The position numbers were made by a program, and so were the translations under genes. A stretch of 64,000 nucleotides of DNA from Torpedo marmorata (lineage: Eukaryota). This document shows, one piece after another, positions 26,420 through 38,894 of this stretch; within the stretch, counting starts at the first letter, position 1, and the number at the start of each line of letters is the position of its first letter. Below the pieces are notes generated by a model. The model saw only the letters and a list, made by a program, of their open reading frames with translations, made no database searches and was not told where the DNA came from. The stretch covers positions 62,310,001 through 62,374,000 of the forward strand of contig OZ360226.1 in NCBI GenBank assembly GCA_977017645.1, in the 5' to 3' direction.

Positions 26420-26512
26420 ATTTAGACATATAACACGGTAACAGGGCCTTCCGGTCCACGAGCCCAGCCGCCCATTACACCCAATTGACCTACAATCCCC
26501 GTACCTTTTGAG
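26420..26512 (-). mobile_element. Truncated HE1-like SINE 3' end
   Basis: Matches 27230-27320. Confidence 0.75.
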
Positions 26513-26661
26513 TCGTTTACTTCTTGGACACCTGAAGGATGCATTTTGCTTGGCAAACCTCTCTTGTACTTTCTGCTATTCTGTGACTCGGCTGGTGACT
26601 CCATATTGATCTTAAGCAGTTATGTGACAATATGGCAAGATGTGGGCCTTCGGTTGTCTCT

Positions 26662-26930
26662 GAGTGAAACACGAAAGTCTGCAGATGCTGTGATTGTAGT
26701 AAAAACACACCGAAATGCTGGAGGAACTCAGCCGGTCTTTTCAGCGTCTATTTTTCTCAGCCAGTCGCTTATTCCTTGTGAGACTTTCTGAGATTTCCTG
26801 CTTCTGGCTTATTCTGCTTATTCCTTGAAGAAGGGCTCAGGCCCGAAACGTCAGCATATATCTTTGTCTCCTATGGATGCTGAAAAGACCGGCTGAGTTC
26901 CTCCAGCATTTCGGTGTGTTTTTACTTTGA
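26662..26930. mobile_element. Fold-back element of inverted PLE tails (subfamily B)
   Basis: Arms at ~26698-26750 and ~26873-26926 are reverse complements; one hammerhead core at ~26819-26858; TSD TTGTCTCT at 26654-26661 and 26931-26938. Confidence 0.85.
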
Positions 26931-27210
26931 TTGTCTCTCCCCATTTCGTTTGGACCAATCCCTCTATAAATCTATACCATTCAGGGTGGTAAGCGAAGTG
27001 GTCACAAAAGAGAATCGATATCAGTCTGCTAACATTCTTTAAAGCAATTTTGATTCTGTTAATGATAATGAGTTTATTGTCATACATTGTACAAATGATA
27101 AAAATGGTGGTGTGCCAGAGATGCTCTAATGTTAACACTGCCACTGGTGTGGACCCGGAAGAGAAGGGAGCGGAGACAATGTGATTCTCCACTGGGTCCT
27201 CTTGCCTGGT

Positions 27211-27465
27211 TATTATTTTTTTTATTTTTTTTAGACATACAGCACAGTAACAGGCCATTTCGGCCCACGAGTCCATGCCGCCCAATTTATACCCAATTAA
27301 CCTACACCCCGGTACGTTTCGAATGGTGGGAGGAAACTGGAGCCCCCGGGGAAAACCCACGCAGACACGGGGAGAACGTCTAAACTCCTTACAGACAGCG
27401 TGGGTTTCGAACCCGGTCCTGATCGCTGCCGCTGTATTGCGCTAACCGCTATGCCAACCATGCTG
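27211..27465 (-). mobile_element. tRNA-derived V-domain SINE (HE1-like), full length
   Basis: Minus strand has an A-box (TGGCATAGCGG), a B-box (GGTTCGAAACC), a V core (GTCTGCGTGGGTTTTCCCCGGG...TTTCCTCCCAC), a CR1-type 3' hairpin and an A-rich tail. Confidence 0.88.
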
Positions 27466-27499
27466 TTATGTCAATGGTCCCGTACAGTCTTTGAATGGC

Positions 27500-28072
27500 C
27501 TGTTAAAGGAGATAATGGTGTTTTATATAACATCTTTGAAACCATAGCGGTCCATGCCCAAAATGGCAGCGCCCATGGTTGGCAGTTCAGACCACGAGGG
27601 GTCTGGGGGATCAGCGCAAGGCTTCAGGGTGGGAGAAGGAGAAGCCCTGGAGATTACCTAAAATGAAGGTGACCAAGGCAGCAGACCAGCAAGTGGCTCA
27701 ACAACTGAATGTCTGATGGAGATCAGCTCATGGGGAACCAGGTATCAGGACTGAGCTTCATGAGGGAGCCAAGGGCAAAGATGGGCTATATAAAATCATG
27801 GTGCAGAAAGCTTCCTGATCATGTCGGAGATTCAGATCTGGAAGCTTGGGTTCGCCGATGGAACAGACAGGAGCCTGCACGGCTGCAGAGGTTGCAGGAG
27901 TGCAGGAGGTAAATCCACAGACATTTGGTGTCTCTGAAGGGACTCTTTTGCTTCTCTTCTTTTTGTTGTTGGAGGTGACAGCCAATGCTAGCGGTGCCTC
28001 TTTGTGTGTCTTTACAGCAGGCAAAGGTTGATGAATTTTGTGTATTATTGCACGACAAAAAAAGGAATCTTA
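27500..28072 (+). mobile_element. Unclassified non-autonomous retroposon with a Rex1/L2-type tail
   Basis: The 3' part resembles the tail of the 5S-SINE (49660-49760); the 5' AAAATGGCAGCGCC motif recurs inverted at about 39340. Confidence 0.45.
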
Positions 28073-28074
28073 AT

Positions 28075-28460
28075 GTTCAATGTACATAGCACCGTAATTC
28101 TTACTTGCTGCAGCCGAACAGGTAACTTATGAAAACAGTCCACAATAATAAATAAAAAATAGATAGGAAATTCAAAATATAAGTAGTAAATAAATTTAAC
28201 ATTTACCAAAGTGCAAGAAAGAAGTGGGGCTGCAATAGTGTAGATAGCCTTTTGTGATGTCAGAGCAGTCCGTGGTTAGTGTAACAAGGGGAGGTTCAAG
28301 AACCCGATAGCTGTTGGAAAGAAACTGATCTTAATCCCAGAGGTGCTGGTCTTCAGGTTTTTGTACCTTCTACTGAGGTAGCAGTGAGAAGAGGTTGTGG
28401 CCAAGGTGATGGGGTCCTTTGTGGTGTTGGCTGCCTTGCTGAGAAATCACCTCATATACA
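28075..28460 (-). mobile_element. Rex1/Babar 3' end, degenerate
   Basis: Minus-strand KDPITLA...RYKNLKTSTS...FFPTAI-like remnant. Confidence 0.7.
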
Positions 28461-29609
28461 TTACACCAGCTTTTCAGGGATTTTGTTTTGTCCTATAATT
28501 AGGACTCAAATTGCAGTGGTGATTATTGGACTGTTTTCATCCTTCTGAGTTCAATGTACAACCATGACAAACCATTCCAGGTTGCATGTGAACAAATTAG
28601 TCCCATGGAATGGCACAGCTATGGCATTTCAATTGCCAGCATTTCCTCCTCTATCATGTGCTTCTCTACTTCTGGCCGACACTATATTGTGACATCATTT
28701 TCATTCTATGATTGTGGGTATCAGTCCAGTACACATCTGATTTAGACCCAGCTTGCCCTCTGCAAATGTGGTCTTCATGAATCATCTGGAGTAATTCTCA
28801 CTGCATTTTTGGGGTGTGATTGTTCTGGACCCTGCCTGTTAAATACCATTTTCAGTGAAGTTTCTCTGACATGCTACAGACCTCAAATTGCCGCTTTGCT
28901 CATATCAGTTTTTCAGGCTCTCCCAGAATCGCTTGTGGAGTAAGCTTCTAAATTTTTTCATTTATGTCAATCTCTTATTCAGATTTGCTTGTGTCACATT
29001 CACACCCAGTAGAGTATTCTCACGTCTAAACTTCACCTCTCCTGCTTTTTCCTGTGGCAACAATCAAGATAGTGATGGTGCTTTGCACCATTTCGTTTCC
29101 TGGTATCTGTTTCTAAGTTTTCAGGAAAGATCTTTGGCTCTTGTTCCAGTTTTAGTTTTAGGTTAATGGTTGTGAGTTTGCATCTTATACAGTTTCAGGT
29201 CTGGATTTTCATGTGAATTTCATTTCTTTGAAATATGCTGTGTCCAGTAGTGACCACTTGTTGATGTATCTGTTCCCCTGACGACTGATCTGTGGTATTT
29301 AATGTTTATCTATCCTGTGCTCTGGCGGGATCTACAGTTTGTGCGTGATTAACCTGCTCTCAATTAAGCTTTTTGCATGCCAGATATGTTGAGGCCTGGG
29401 TGAGTTAATCTACTAATCTTCATTTCTTTACTCTGCATTTACTTGATGTACTTCGAAGCCATGTGCAAAATCATCAACAGATTCATCTGTCTCTCGCTTC
29501 AGGCTTTGGAATTCAGATCTGTGCATCTGGGTCAACAGAAAATGCCGGAAACAATCAGCAGGTCAGACAACCTCTGACAAAGGGTCTTCGACCTGAAAGG
29601 ACATCTACA

Positions 29610-29946
29610 AGAATGGAGGACATCTACAAGAGGCGGTCTCTTAAGAAAGCAGCCTCTATCGTCAAGGATCCCCACCACCCAGGCCATGTCCTCTTCACAC
29701 TGCTACCATCAGGAAAAAGGTACAGGAGCCTGAAGACGAGCACTCAGCAGCACAAGGACAGCTTCTTCCTCTCTGCCATCAGATACCTGAATGGACAATG
29801 AACCACAGACACTACCTCACTTCATTCTATTTTCTTGCACTATTTATTTATTTTTGAATTGTAATTTAAGCAATATTTGTACTGTATGCTGCCGCAAAAC
29901 AACGAATTTTGTGACATGTTAATGACAATGAATTCTGATTCTGATA
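29610..29946 (+). mobile_element. Rex1/Babar 3' end
   Basis: Reads IVKDPHHPGHVLFTLLPSGKRYRSLKTST...SFFLSAIRYLN; (TTCTGA)n tail. Confidence 0.85.
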
Positions 29947-30226
29947 CCTGTTTCTACTTCCAGATGCTGCCTAATCTTTTGAGTATTCCTAGCATTTTAC
30001 CTAAGATTTCCAACACATGCAATAATAGTCACTTTGTTCTTGGCTTGAGGTCAGTGTTGAATATTTCAAAGACCTCATCAGGAAATTTACTTTCAGCCTC
30101 ATTTATTTCCCAACTTGAAAAGATCTGAACCTTTCTCTTTTGAGCATAGAAGCAAATGAAAAGTAAATAACTACTGATTGCTAGAAATCCAAAGCAAATA
30201 CAGGGAATGCTGGAAATATTAGTCAG

Positions 30227-30482
30227 TGTGGTGGAACACGGTACTGCGGGCATGTCAGGGCATGTCCTCACTGGCTCACTGGGCTGGGCAGGCTGGCCCG
30301 CCTTCTGTACCTGTAGCCCATCCCCATAAGATCCCCTAATAAAGGCTGAAAGCCCTAGTCTCCTCCCTCATACCTGCCTTGGACGTGAGCCAGCAGCATG
30401 CAGAGGCATGCCTGGGTTTTTTGATTAATAAAGCCTTTGATCACTTGCTTCGTGTCTGCGAATGGTCATTGATCGCGCTACA
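30227..30482 (+). repeat. 5' LTR (256 bp)
   Basis: Direct repeat of 34587-34842 with 12 substitutions counted by eye (about 4.7%). Confidence 0.97.
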
Positions 30483-30510
30483 ATTTCTTAATCAGAATTT
30501 TTAAAGTGCC

Positions 30511-33500
30511 ATGGATAAGGCAATCTGACTGGAGAAGCTGGAGATCGATCCAAAGGAACCAGAGGCCTCTGTAAAGTTTGATATGTAGCTACACTGTTTG
30601 AAGGCCTACCTGAGGCGCCATGAAATCGCAGCCAATAGTGATCGGTACAACCTGCTCTTCACAGCTGTTGGCCACCGAGCGTACCAAATAATTTGACACT
30701 GCACTGGATATGAAGAGGCAATGGCCCTACTCCGACAGCAATACGGAGCCCAGATGAACTCGATGTACGCGCGCTTCCAGCTGGGCTCCCGATGCCATGG
30801 CCTAGGGGAGTTGGTCAACGATTTCATGAGGGCCCATGCGGGAGCTGGGACGAGCCTGCGGGTGCCGAGACGTGAATGCGGTGACCTACCAGGAGGAGCT
30901 CATCCGTGACAGGCTAGTCGCTGGATTCCGCTCCCATCACATAAGGGAACGGCTCCTGGAGAAAGGAGATCGGTCCCTACAGGAGGTGGTGCAGATGGCC
31001 CGAGCGATGGAGACTGCCCAAAAGAACGCGGAGGCCTACTCAGCGGGCCACACGGCCGCCAGGTGGGGAGAACTGGAAATGCCATCTTGGGACTTGGGAC
31101 CCCTGACTGCAGCTGCCACCACCGAGCACGCGAGGTGAAACTACTGCGGCCAAAGCATACACCCGCGAAAGTACTGTCCGGCACGTAGCGCGACTTGCTC
31201 GAACTGCCGGAGGAAAGGACACTATGCCAGGATATGTCGCTCTAAGCCCCACTCTAGCAGTGCCACGTGCGGACCGCGACCCTCGTCGCCATCTTGGGCC
31301 GACCCACTGCCACCGTCATTGCCAGTTGCTGAGAACAGGGCCGACCCACTTTCGCCGTCATTTCTGGTTGCCGAGAACCAAACTTCCAGACCAGGGGCGC
31401 GACGGCAAGGAGTGACATCACTTCCGCCTTCACCTCCGGACTCCACCGCGTGCGATCCATGGGGGCGGCCATCTCTTCGCGATCTCCTGGGCGACCATCT
31501 TGGCGGCAGCCGTCCCAACGACATAGCGGCAGCGACTCGGACAGTGAGCAACGTTGGCTTCCATCGTGCTGGAGCAGAGTAGACCACACCAGCTGGGGCG
31601 ATCGATGATGGACATTGAGGTAAACGGTCACACCACTGGCTGCCTGTTCGACACGGGAAGCACTGAGAGCTTCATACACCCGGGCACGGCCAAACGTTAT
31701 TCCCTGACCGTGTCCCCAGCCAAGGGAAAGGTAGCACTAGCCTCTAAATCCCTCTCTGTGGAAATCTGGGGGAGCTGCACCGTGACCCTAACCGTGGAGG
31801 GCACGAAATATAAGAACTTCAAACTGCTGGTGATGCCCCACCTCTGCGCGCCAGTCATATTGGGGCTAGATTTCCAGTGCCAACTTAAAGGTGTGCTGAT
31901 GCAGTTTGACGGGCCCCACCCCCCCCCCTCACCGTCAGTAATAACCAGTTCCAGGAGGACCCACCCATTCTCCTGCGGAGGCCCAATCACACGCTCGAAT
32001 GCCGGGTCGCGCACCCGACCTGCGGCCTGGCCACCCTCCGGGTCCCTCCGCCTCCGCTTCCGCTGTTCCAAAACCTCACCCCGGACTGCAAACCTGTTGC
32101 CACTAAGAACAGGAGATACAGCCCTGGGGACAGGGAATTCATTAAGACGGAGGTGGAGCGGCTGCTGGAGGAGGGCATAATAGAACCGAGTAACAGTCCC
32201 TGGAGGGCGCAAGTTGAGGTGGTGAAGAGTGGGGAGAAGTATCGGATGGTGATAGACTACAGTCAGACCATCAACCGGTTCACCTTATTATTCACCTTTG
32301 CCCCGCATAGCTGATATGGTGAATGAGGTCACCAAGTATAGGGTCTTCTCTACCATAAACCTCAAAGCGGCGTATCACCAAATCCCGATTCACCCAAAAG
32401 ACCAGCCGTACACGGCATTTGAGGCCAACGGCTGACTCTACCATTTCCTGCGGGTCCCATTCGGCCTCACGAACGGGGTGTCAGTGTTCCAAAGGGAAAT
32501 GGACCGCATGGTGGATGACAATAAACTAAAGGCTACGTATCCATACCTGGACAATGTCACCATCTGCGGCCATGACCAGAAGGAACATGACGAGAACCTG
32601 CAGAGGTTCCTGGCCACCGCAAAGGCCCTCAATCTCACATACAATGAGAAAAAGTGTGTGTTTAGCTTCAAGCGGTTGGCAATCCTGGGGTATGTGGTGG
32701 AGCATGGTGCTATCGCCCCCGACCCCGATCGCATGTGGCCCCTTCTGGAATTACCTCTGCCACAGAACCCCAAGGCTTTAAAAAGGTGCCTGGGGCTCTT
32801 CTCGTATTATGCCCAATGGATCCCCAACTATGCAGACAAGGCTCAACCCCTGGTGAAAACCACTACCTTTCCCCCATCGGCGGAGGCCCGTAAGGCCTTC
32901 AAGGGCATCAAGGGCAAGATTGCCAAGGCGGGGATGCACGCCATTGATGAATCCGTCCCGTTCCAAGTGGAAAGTGATGCCTCCGACTTCGCTCTGGCCG
33001 CCACACTGAACCAAGCAGGCAGGCCAATGGCATTTTTTCCCGCACCCTCCAAGGCCCCGAACGCAGGCACTCCGCCATCGAGAAGGAGGCACAAGCTATA
33101 GTGGAGGCTGTGCGTCACTGGAGGCACTACTTGGCCGGCAGACCATTCACCCTGCTGACGGACCAGAGAGCCATCGCTTTTATGTTTAACAATAAACAGC
33201 GGGGTAAAATCAAAATTGACAAGATCATGAGGTGGAGAATTGAGCTGTCCACCTACAATTATGAGATCTGGTACCGGCCGGGCAAGCTCAATGAGCCGCC
33301 CGATGCCCTGTCCAGGGGAACCTGCGCCAGGGTGCAAGTTGATCACCTCCAGGCCCTCCACGATAGCTCTGCCACCCTGGGGTCACAAGGCTATACCATT
33401 TTGTGAGGGCCCATAACCTCCTCTACTCAGTAGAGGAAGTCAGGGAGCTGACTCGCAATTGCCCGGTCTGTGCGGAATGCAAGCCGCAATTTTACAGACC

Positions 33501-34502
33501 GGAGAGAGCCCAACTCATCAAGGCCACTCGCCCCTTCGAACTTCTCAGCATGGACTTCAAGGGGCCTCTCCCATCCACGAATCGGAACATCTACTTCCTG
33601 AGCATCGTGGACGAGTACTCACGTTTTCCATTCGCCATCCCCTGCTCCGACATGACCACATCCACGGTCATTAAAGCACGCCACACAGTATTCACTCTGT
33701 TCAGATACCCCAGTTACGTTAATAGCGACCAGGGATCTGCCTTCATGAGTGAGGAGTTGCGGCAATACTTCCTTTCCAGGGGCATAGCTACGAGCAGAAC
33801 CACCAGCTACAACCCCTGCGGGAACGGGCAGGTGGAAAGGGAGAATGGTACGATCTGGAAGGCAGTCCTTTTGGCCCTCAAGTCGAAAGGGATGCCCATA
33901 TCCCAGTGGCAAGAGGTCCTTCCAGAAGCGCTGCATGCCACCAGGTCCCTACTCTGCACTGCCACTAACGCAACACCCCATGAAAAATTATTCTCCTTCC
34001 CTTGGAGGTCGGAGTCGGGAATCACGCTGCCGGTCTGGCTGACGACCCCAGGGCCGGTGCTTCTCCGGAAGCATGCTAGAACACACAAGGCGGACCAACT
34101 GGTCGAGGAAGTGCACCTCCTGCATGTGAACCCCCAGTATGCGCTGGTAAGGTACCCAGACGGACAGGACAATACAGTGTCCATCCGGGACCTGGCGCGA
34201 GCAGGGGCCCCGGCACGGGAGGTGCACCCGATATCCCCGGGCAGCGACCAGTCGGCCCCAGGGATCACCCTGACAAACGATGTAGGGATCCCACCTCCAA
34301 CACAGCCCCCCGAGTGTCATCCCCCCCACTCTTACAAACAAATTCCCCACCCCCTACGGACCTGGTACACACAGACACAGTTCAGCCCTCCAACAGCCAG
34401 CAGATCAAACAAGCCACCGCTCTGCTGGAACCAACGATACAGCCAGCAGTACTTCGGAGATCTCAGCGCCGAATAAATCCGCCGGAGCGGCTGAACCTAT
34501 GA
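30511..34502 (+). pseudogene. gag-pol polyprotein, fragmented
   Basis: Gag IRDRLVAG and a double Cys/His knuckle (YCG..HPRKYCPARSATCSNCRRKGHYARIC); protease LFDTGS; RT PFGL and YLDN; RNase H SDAS and TDQ; integrase DFKGP, VDEYSRF and NGQVER. Confidence 0.93.
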
Positions 34503-34586
34503 ACTGTATGGACTACAAGACCCGTGCCGATGGACATTGCCCTGCATCATCCCGTCGGACTTCATTCAAAAAAAAGGAGGGGTGAA

Positions 34587-34842
34587 TGTGGTGGAACACG
34601 GTCCTGCGGGCATGTCCGGGCATGTCCTCACTGGCTCACTGAGCTGGGCGGGCTGGCCCGCCTTCTGTACCTGTAGCCCCTCCCCAGAAGATACCCTAAT
34701 AAAGGCTGAGAGCCCTAGTCTCCTCCCTCATACCTGCCTTGGACGTGAGCCAGCAGCATGTAGAAGCATGCCTGGGTTTTCTGATTAATAAAGCCTTTGA
34801 TCACTTGCTTCGTGTCTGCGAGTGGTCATTGATCGCGCTACA
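34587..34842 (+). repeat. 3' LTR (256 bp)
   Basis: Preceded by the polypurine tract AAAAAAAAGGAGGGGTGAA; AATAAA at 34787-34792. Confidence 0.97.
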
Positions 34843-35483
34843 GTCAGGTTAAGCAGTATCCATAGACGGAGAAACAAAGTCAGTGTTTGAAAGGTAGCCA
34901 TCTTGAATCACTTTCTTTCTCTACAGGAGCTGCTTGACCTGCCAGGGATATGGCTAACCTTCTGTTCATCGCTCATATCTTTTGGAAAACTACTGAAAGC
35001 CACTTTACATTTTGGTTTTGATTTTCTGAATGCCTTCACGTCATTTGCATATTAGTTCATCATGATCCAGAAATAATCAGTTCTCATGCACAGACACTGA
35101 AAGTCACCACTAGCAATAGGACCATCAGTGCAATATGTTTCTTTTTCCTTCAAAAACGTAACCACTGCCACCATGTTATGTCAAGTTGTTTTCCAGAACT
35201 CCATTTCTTAAGTAGATCTCCAGATGCAGATCTGTGGCACACAGTGTTAACTCTTTCAGACTCCATGTCATGTGTTAGCTGAGTGATGCAATGCATGTTC
35301 AGTTTAGAGAACCAGTGAGTGAAGCAAGATTCTTACTCAATCTTAAAATAATATAACATTTATGATAAAAAAAAGAACCCGGGTTCCACCATCATAATCA
35401 TTGGTGTGACCTTTACTATTGCAAATTCATTTAATTAAACTTTAAATGTTCAAATTAAATTTGAATTTGCACCTCTGGATTAT

Positions 35484-35696
35484 GAAAAAAACACAGAAAT
35501 GCTGGAGGAACTCGCAGCATCCATATAAGGTAAAGATACATAACCGATGTTTCGGGCCTCAGCCCTTCTTCAAGCTTTAACTTGAAGAAATGTCAGTTAT
35601 ATATCTTCACCTCCTATGAACGCTGCAAGACTGCTGAGTTCCTCCAGAATTTCTGTGTTTTTACTCAATCAAGCATCTGCAGACTTTCGTGTTTCA
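35484..35696. mobile_element. Fold-back element of inverted PLE tails
   Basis: Inverted arms around a CTTCAAG...CTTGAAG centre; hammerhead core on the minus strand at ~35540-35575; flanking CTCTGGATTAT / CTCTGAATTAT repeat. Confidence 0.8.
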
Positions 35697-38600
35697 CTCT
35701 GAATTATTAGACCAGTTGTGCTATTTGCCCATCACAAAACCAGTTAGCAAATGACCCAGGAGGAGATTGGAGCCTGCCATTGTAGTCTAACAATTGAAAG
35801 CAGGGATGTTGGAAGAGGATGGAAGCTGAAAATAAAGTGGAGGACACAGGCAAAGATATAGAACATATCTTCCTGACAACTTCAACCTTTAACAATATTT
35901 TTATTATATAGAAGATATGTGGGGTAAACATGAAAGCATCACCAATCAGCCATGGCGGAATACTTGAAGTACCATGTGTCCTCCAAAGGGAACTGACTTC
36001 CCTTGGAAACCTCCTTTTAAGATTTTACTACTGGCAGAAAAGGGTCTGCTAATTACAATTGATTAAACCCTCTGAGTATTGAAAAATAACCAGAGTCAGT
36101 AAAGACGCACGGGTAATGATTTTCCTGGATTTCACATTAAGAATTAATTTTAAAGCTATCAGTGAAAGGAGTCAAAAACAGACAAGTTAGTTCTTGGCAT
36201 CTTTCAGCTCATCCAACAAGCAGCAAATTAACAGTTCATATTCTGATGGATCAAAGAGACAGGAAAGAATGGTGGAGGATGAGATGGACCTAGGCCCATG
36301 TGCTCCTCAATAAACCTTTGCTCACTTTTATGGGGTGAGAGGAACTACTTCGTCTAGGTCTTTTTTGCTCTCCCAGTCAGTCACATGCCTGCAGGGACAG
36401 GATCTGTTGAGACACTATACTACAAATATGATGAGTAGGGGGCAGGCTTACAGATTTTGTCTGACAGTCATTTCTGAATGCTCATATGTATTCCAAGTTA
36501 ATAAATAGTATAATTTGAAGATAACAATAGGTGTTATTTATTGAGCAGATTACACAAATAAATTTATACATGGATTTTATTTTTTTTTAAACCTGTATGA
36601 TTGTAACACTGGCAAAAATAAATTAATTGAAGCATTTGGTCTTATATTACATGGAACTAATTACTCCAATGGTCTAACTGCCTCTTCTCTTGAGAATTTT
36701 TATTTTCTCTTGTTCACTTATCTCAAGGTTTATAAATACTGTATACAAAGTTGCATGACTTGAAGGGATAACCAACAATTTCGAAGAAAGTTGTAAAAGG
36801 TTTCAAAAAATAAAACTGCAAAGAAAAGAATGTTATACCTACAGACCTCAGGGGAAAGATTTTGTCTTCCATCAAAGTTCTACATGAATCCTGTTTATTT
36901 AATAAGAGCAGATGTTAAAGGAAAGAAAAACATACATCACGGTCAAGGCAAACTTCTGGTTATAGGATTTCCCAAGAGGATGTGGAGAGACTATTCTATC
37001 TTTGAACTACATTGTCTAGATCTTTGTTTTGGCAGAAAATTGAAAATAAAGATGTCTGTGGAACGACCAGCAAATGTGCTGCTTTCGTTGATGATTTTGT
37101 TGAGTTCACTTCACACTGTTTGTGTGCCTTTGGGGAAGGAGGCAAATATTGAGAAAGGAGTCTGTAAGGAAAATATATCACCTCTATTTTTCATTGGTAC
37201 TGTTACATTCCTTCATGATGTGTTTATGTTGCAAATTATATGTACTTATTTTATAATCTGTTTATGTACTTACTGCACCAAATATATTGCCTGTTTCAAA
37301 AAGATAAACAATCTGACCTATCTGAAATAGGCAATTACAGATCGATTAACACATGACCAATATAGGAAAATGGAAGGTATGTTATTAATCAAGATACAAG
37401 AGTGACAGCATAAAATATTATCAGTCTAAATCCAGAAGTACCTTCTTTGAAGGCAATACGAACATTCAAGTCCTGTGCGTGAATTTAAATTACAAGAGGC
37501 CTCAAATAAACTTCAGTACCCATGTAAATTTAATGGGGATCAGCCAAGTTTAGTAGATGATGTTATCAAGTTGCTTGAACAGCCCTTCACAGAGTAATCT
37601 CTCAGACACATCCCCAGAGCAAAAAGCAAAATATCAGATTTAGGTTTTAAACATTATAGAGAATTCCAAACAGAGATTATAGCATGTGCATACAATTAAA
37701 GCAAAAGCTGAAATATTATCACTGAGTAGCTTAACTCTTCTTTGCATTACAAAATTTCTTATCTTTTGAAATATTCATCATAGGGAATGACAATCTTAAA
37801 AATTTCTCGGCGATAGGCTGTTTATAAAGAAGTCATTATGGTTTAGTATATCATTAAAGATTCACCTAGATTTCCTGTAACAAAGCAAAAGGTTTTCCAT
37901 GAATTTTATAGCAGAACTATTTGGTAGGTAGTTAAATTCACATCAATTTTTTTCTTCGTTGTGATTAAGACAATTACAAACAGCACAGCCTGTGGAAATG
38001 TTCTCCATCACTGACTGTAAATGTTGAATTTCCATGTTAAACTGCACATGTGAAAAACCTGAAGCAGTTATCAGTATCAAAGTATAATGTCAGTTATGCT
38101 GGTAAGTTTGTCGAGGTTAACACCACAAAAATCAGGCCACAATTTCTTTGTAGTTTCAGGATGTTTGACAGTATATGATGTGAAACATTGTTAATTGACT
38201 AAAAGAGAACAGAATCCAAGGTAGAACATGGGACAGGATAATAAAATGAATTTAAAAAGTAGGACACAGAGAGTACTTGTGCGTGTAATGTCATCCTAGG
38301 TGAAAGGGTTTAATAAAGCCCCAAAGGATTCAATGCTTCGAGCTATGTTCTTTCAAATGTGTACAGATAACCGATACTGAAGCCAAATGTAAGCTGACCA
38401 AATTTACTACTGACACCAGAAGTACACAGCAAAAAATTCAAGAAGATTAGACATAAATGGACATTCGATTGGCTCATAAAAGTAGTCAAAAATTATGCAT
38501 TATTAATAAACAGGGGGTGAAATTAAGCACACAGAGAAAAATCTTGAAAGGGTTATGTGACATTAAACTTGTTTTTTTTCAATTATCTGTTTATTTAATA

Positions 38601-38894
38601 TTCACTGAACATAACATAAAAATGGAATGTCTAAGATACTGTAGCTTTGATGCCATTTAAATGTTTGTGATACCTAATTACCTAGAGGCTGGTTCAATTA
38701 TTTTTTTAATAAATCTCCATGATCTATTCATTTTAGACCAACATCCTACTTGGATTTATCAAAAAATAAAAAAACAGTTTATATTCTTGATTAATCTGAG
38801 GATAGTTCCCTATTTTTGTTTGTGGAAGTGCTTTGTATCTCAGTGCAAAAGGAGAAATACCGAGGTGACAATTTTGTAAGATTTACACTCTGCT

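Larger units (their letters stand above)
30227..34842 (+). mobile_element. Full-length Gypsy/Ty3 LTR retrotransposon (Mag-like), inactivated by frameshifts
   Basis: TG...CA LTRs; 5-bp TSD GTCAG at 30222-30226 and 34843-34847; gag-PR-RT-RH-IN order; PPT at 34568-34586. Inserted into an old PLE-tail remnant. Confidence 0.97.

Noticed and set aside
26662-26930. Classical MITE (DNA transposon)
   Set aside because: The arms are PLE 3' tails of unequal length and TSD lengths vary between copies, unlike transposase-generated ends.
27390-27465. tRNA gene
   Set aside because: A and B boxes are present, but there is no cloverleaf and the sequence continues into a SINE body.
30606-34350. Many antisense and alternate-frame ORFs within the Gypsy element
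   Set aside because: Expected by chance in GC-rich coding sequence; none shows a recognisable domain.
36830-37330. 166-aa ORF as a host exon
   Set aside because: No recognisable domain or codon bias and no supporting neighbouring exons; probably a chance ORF.
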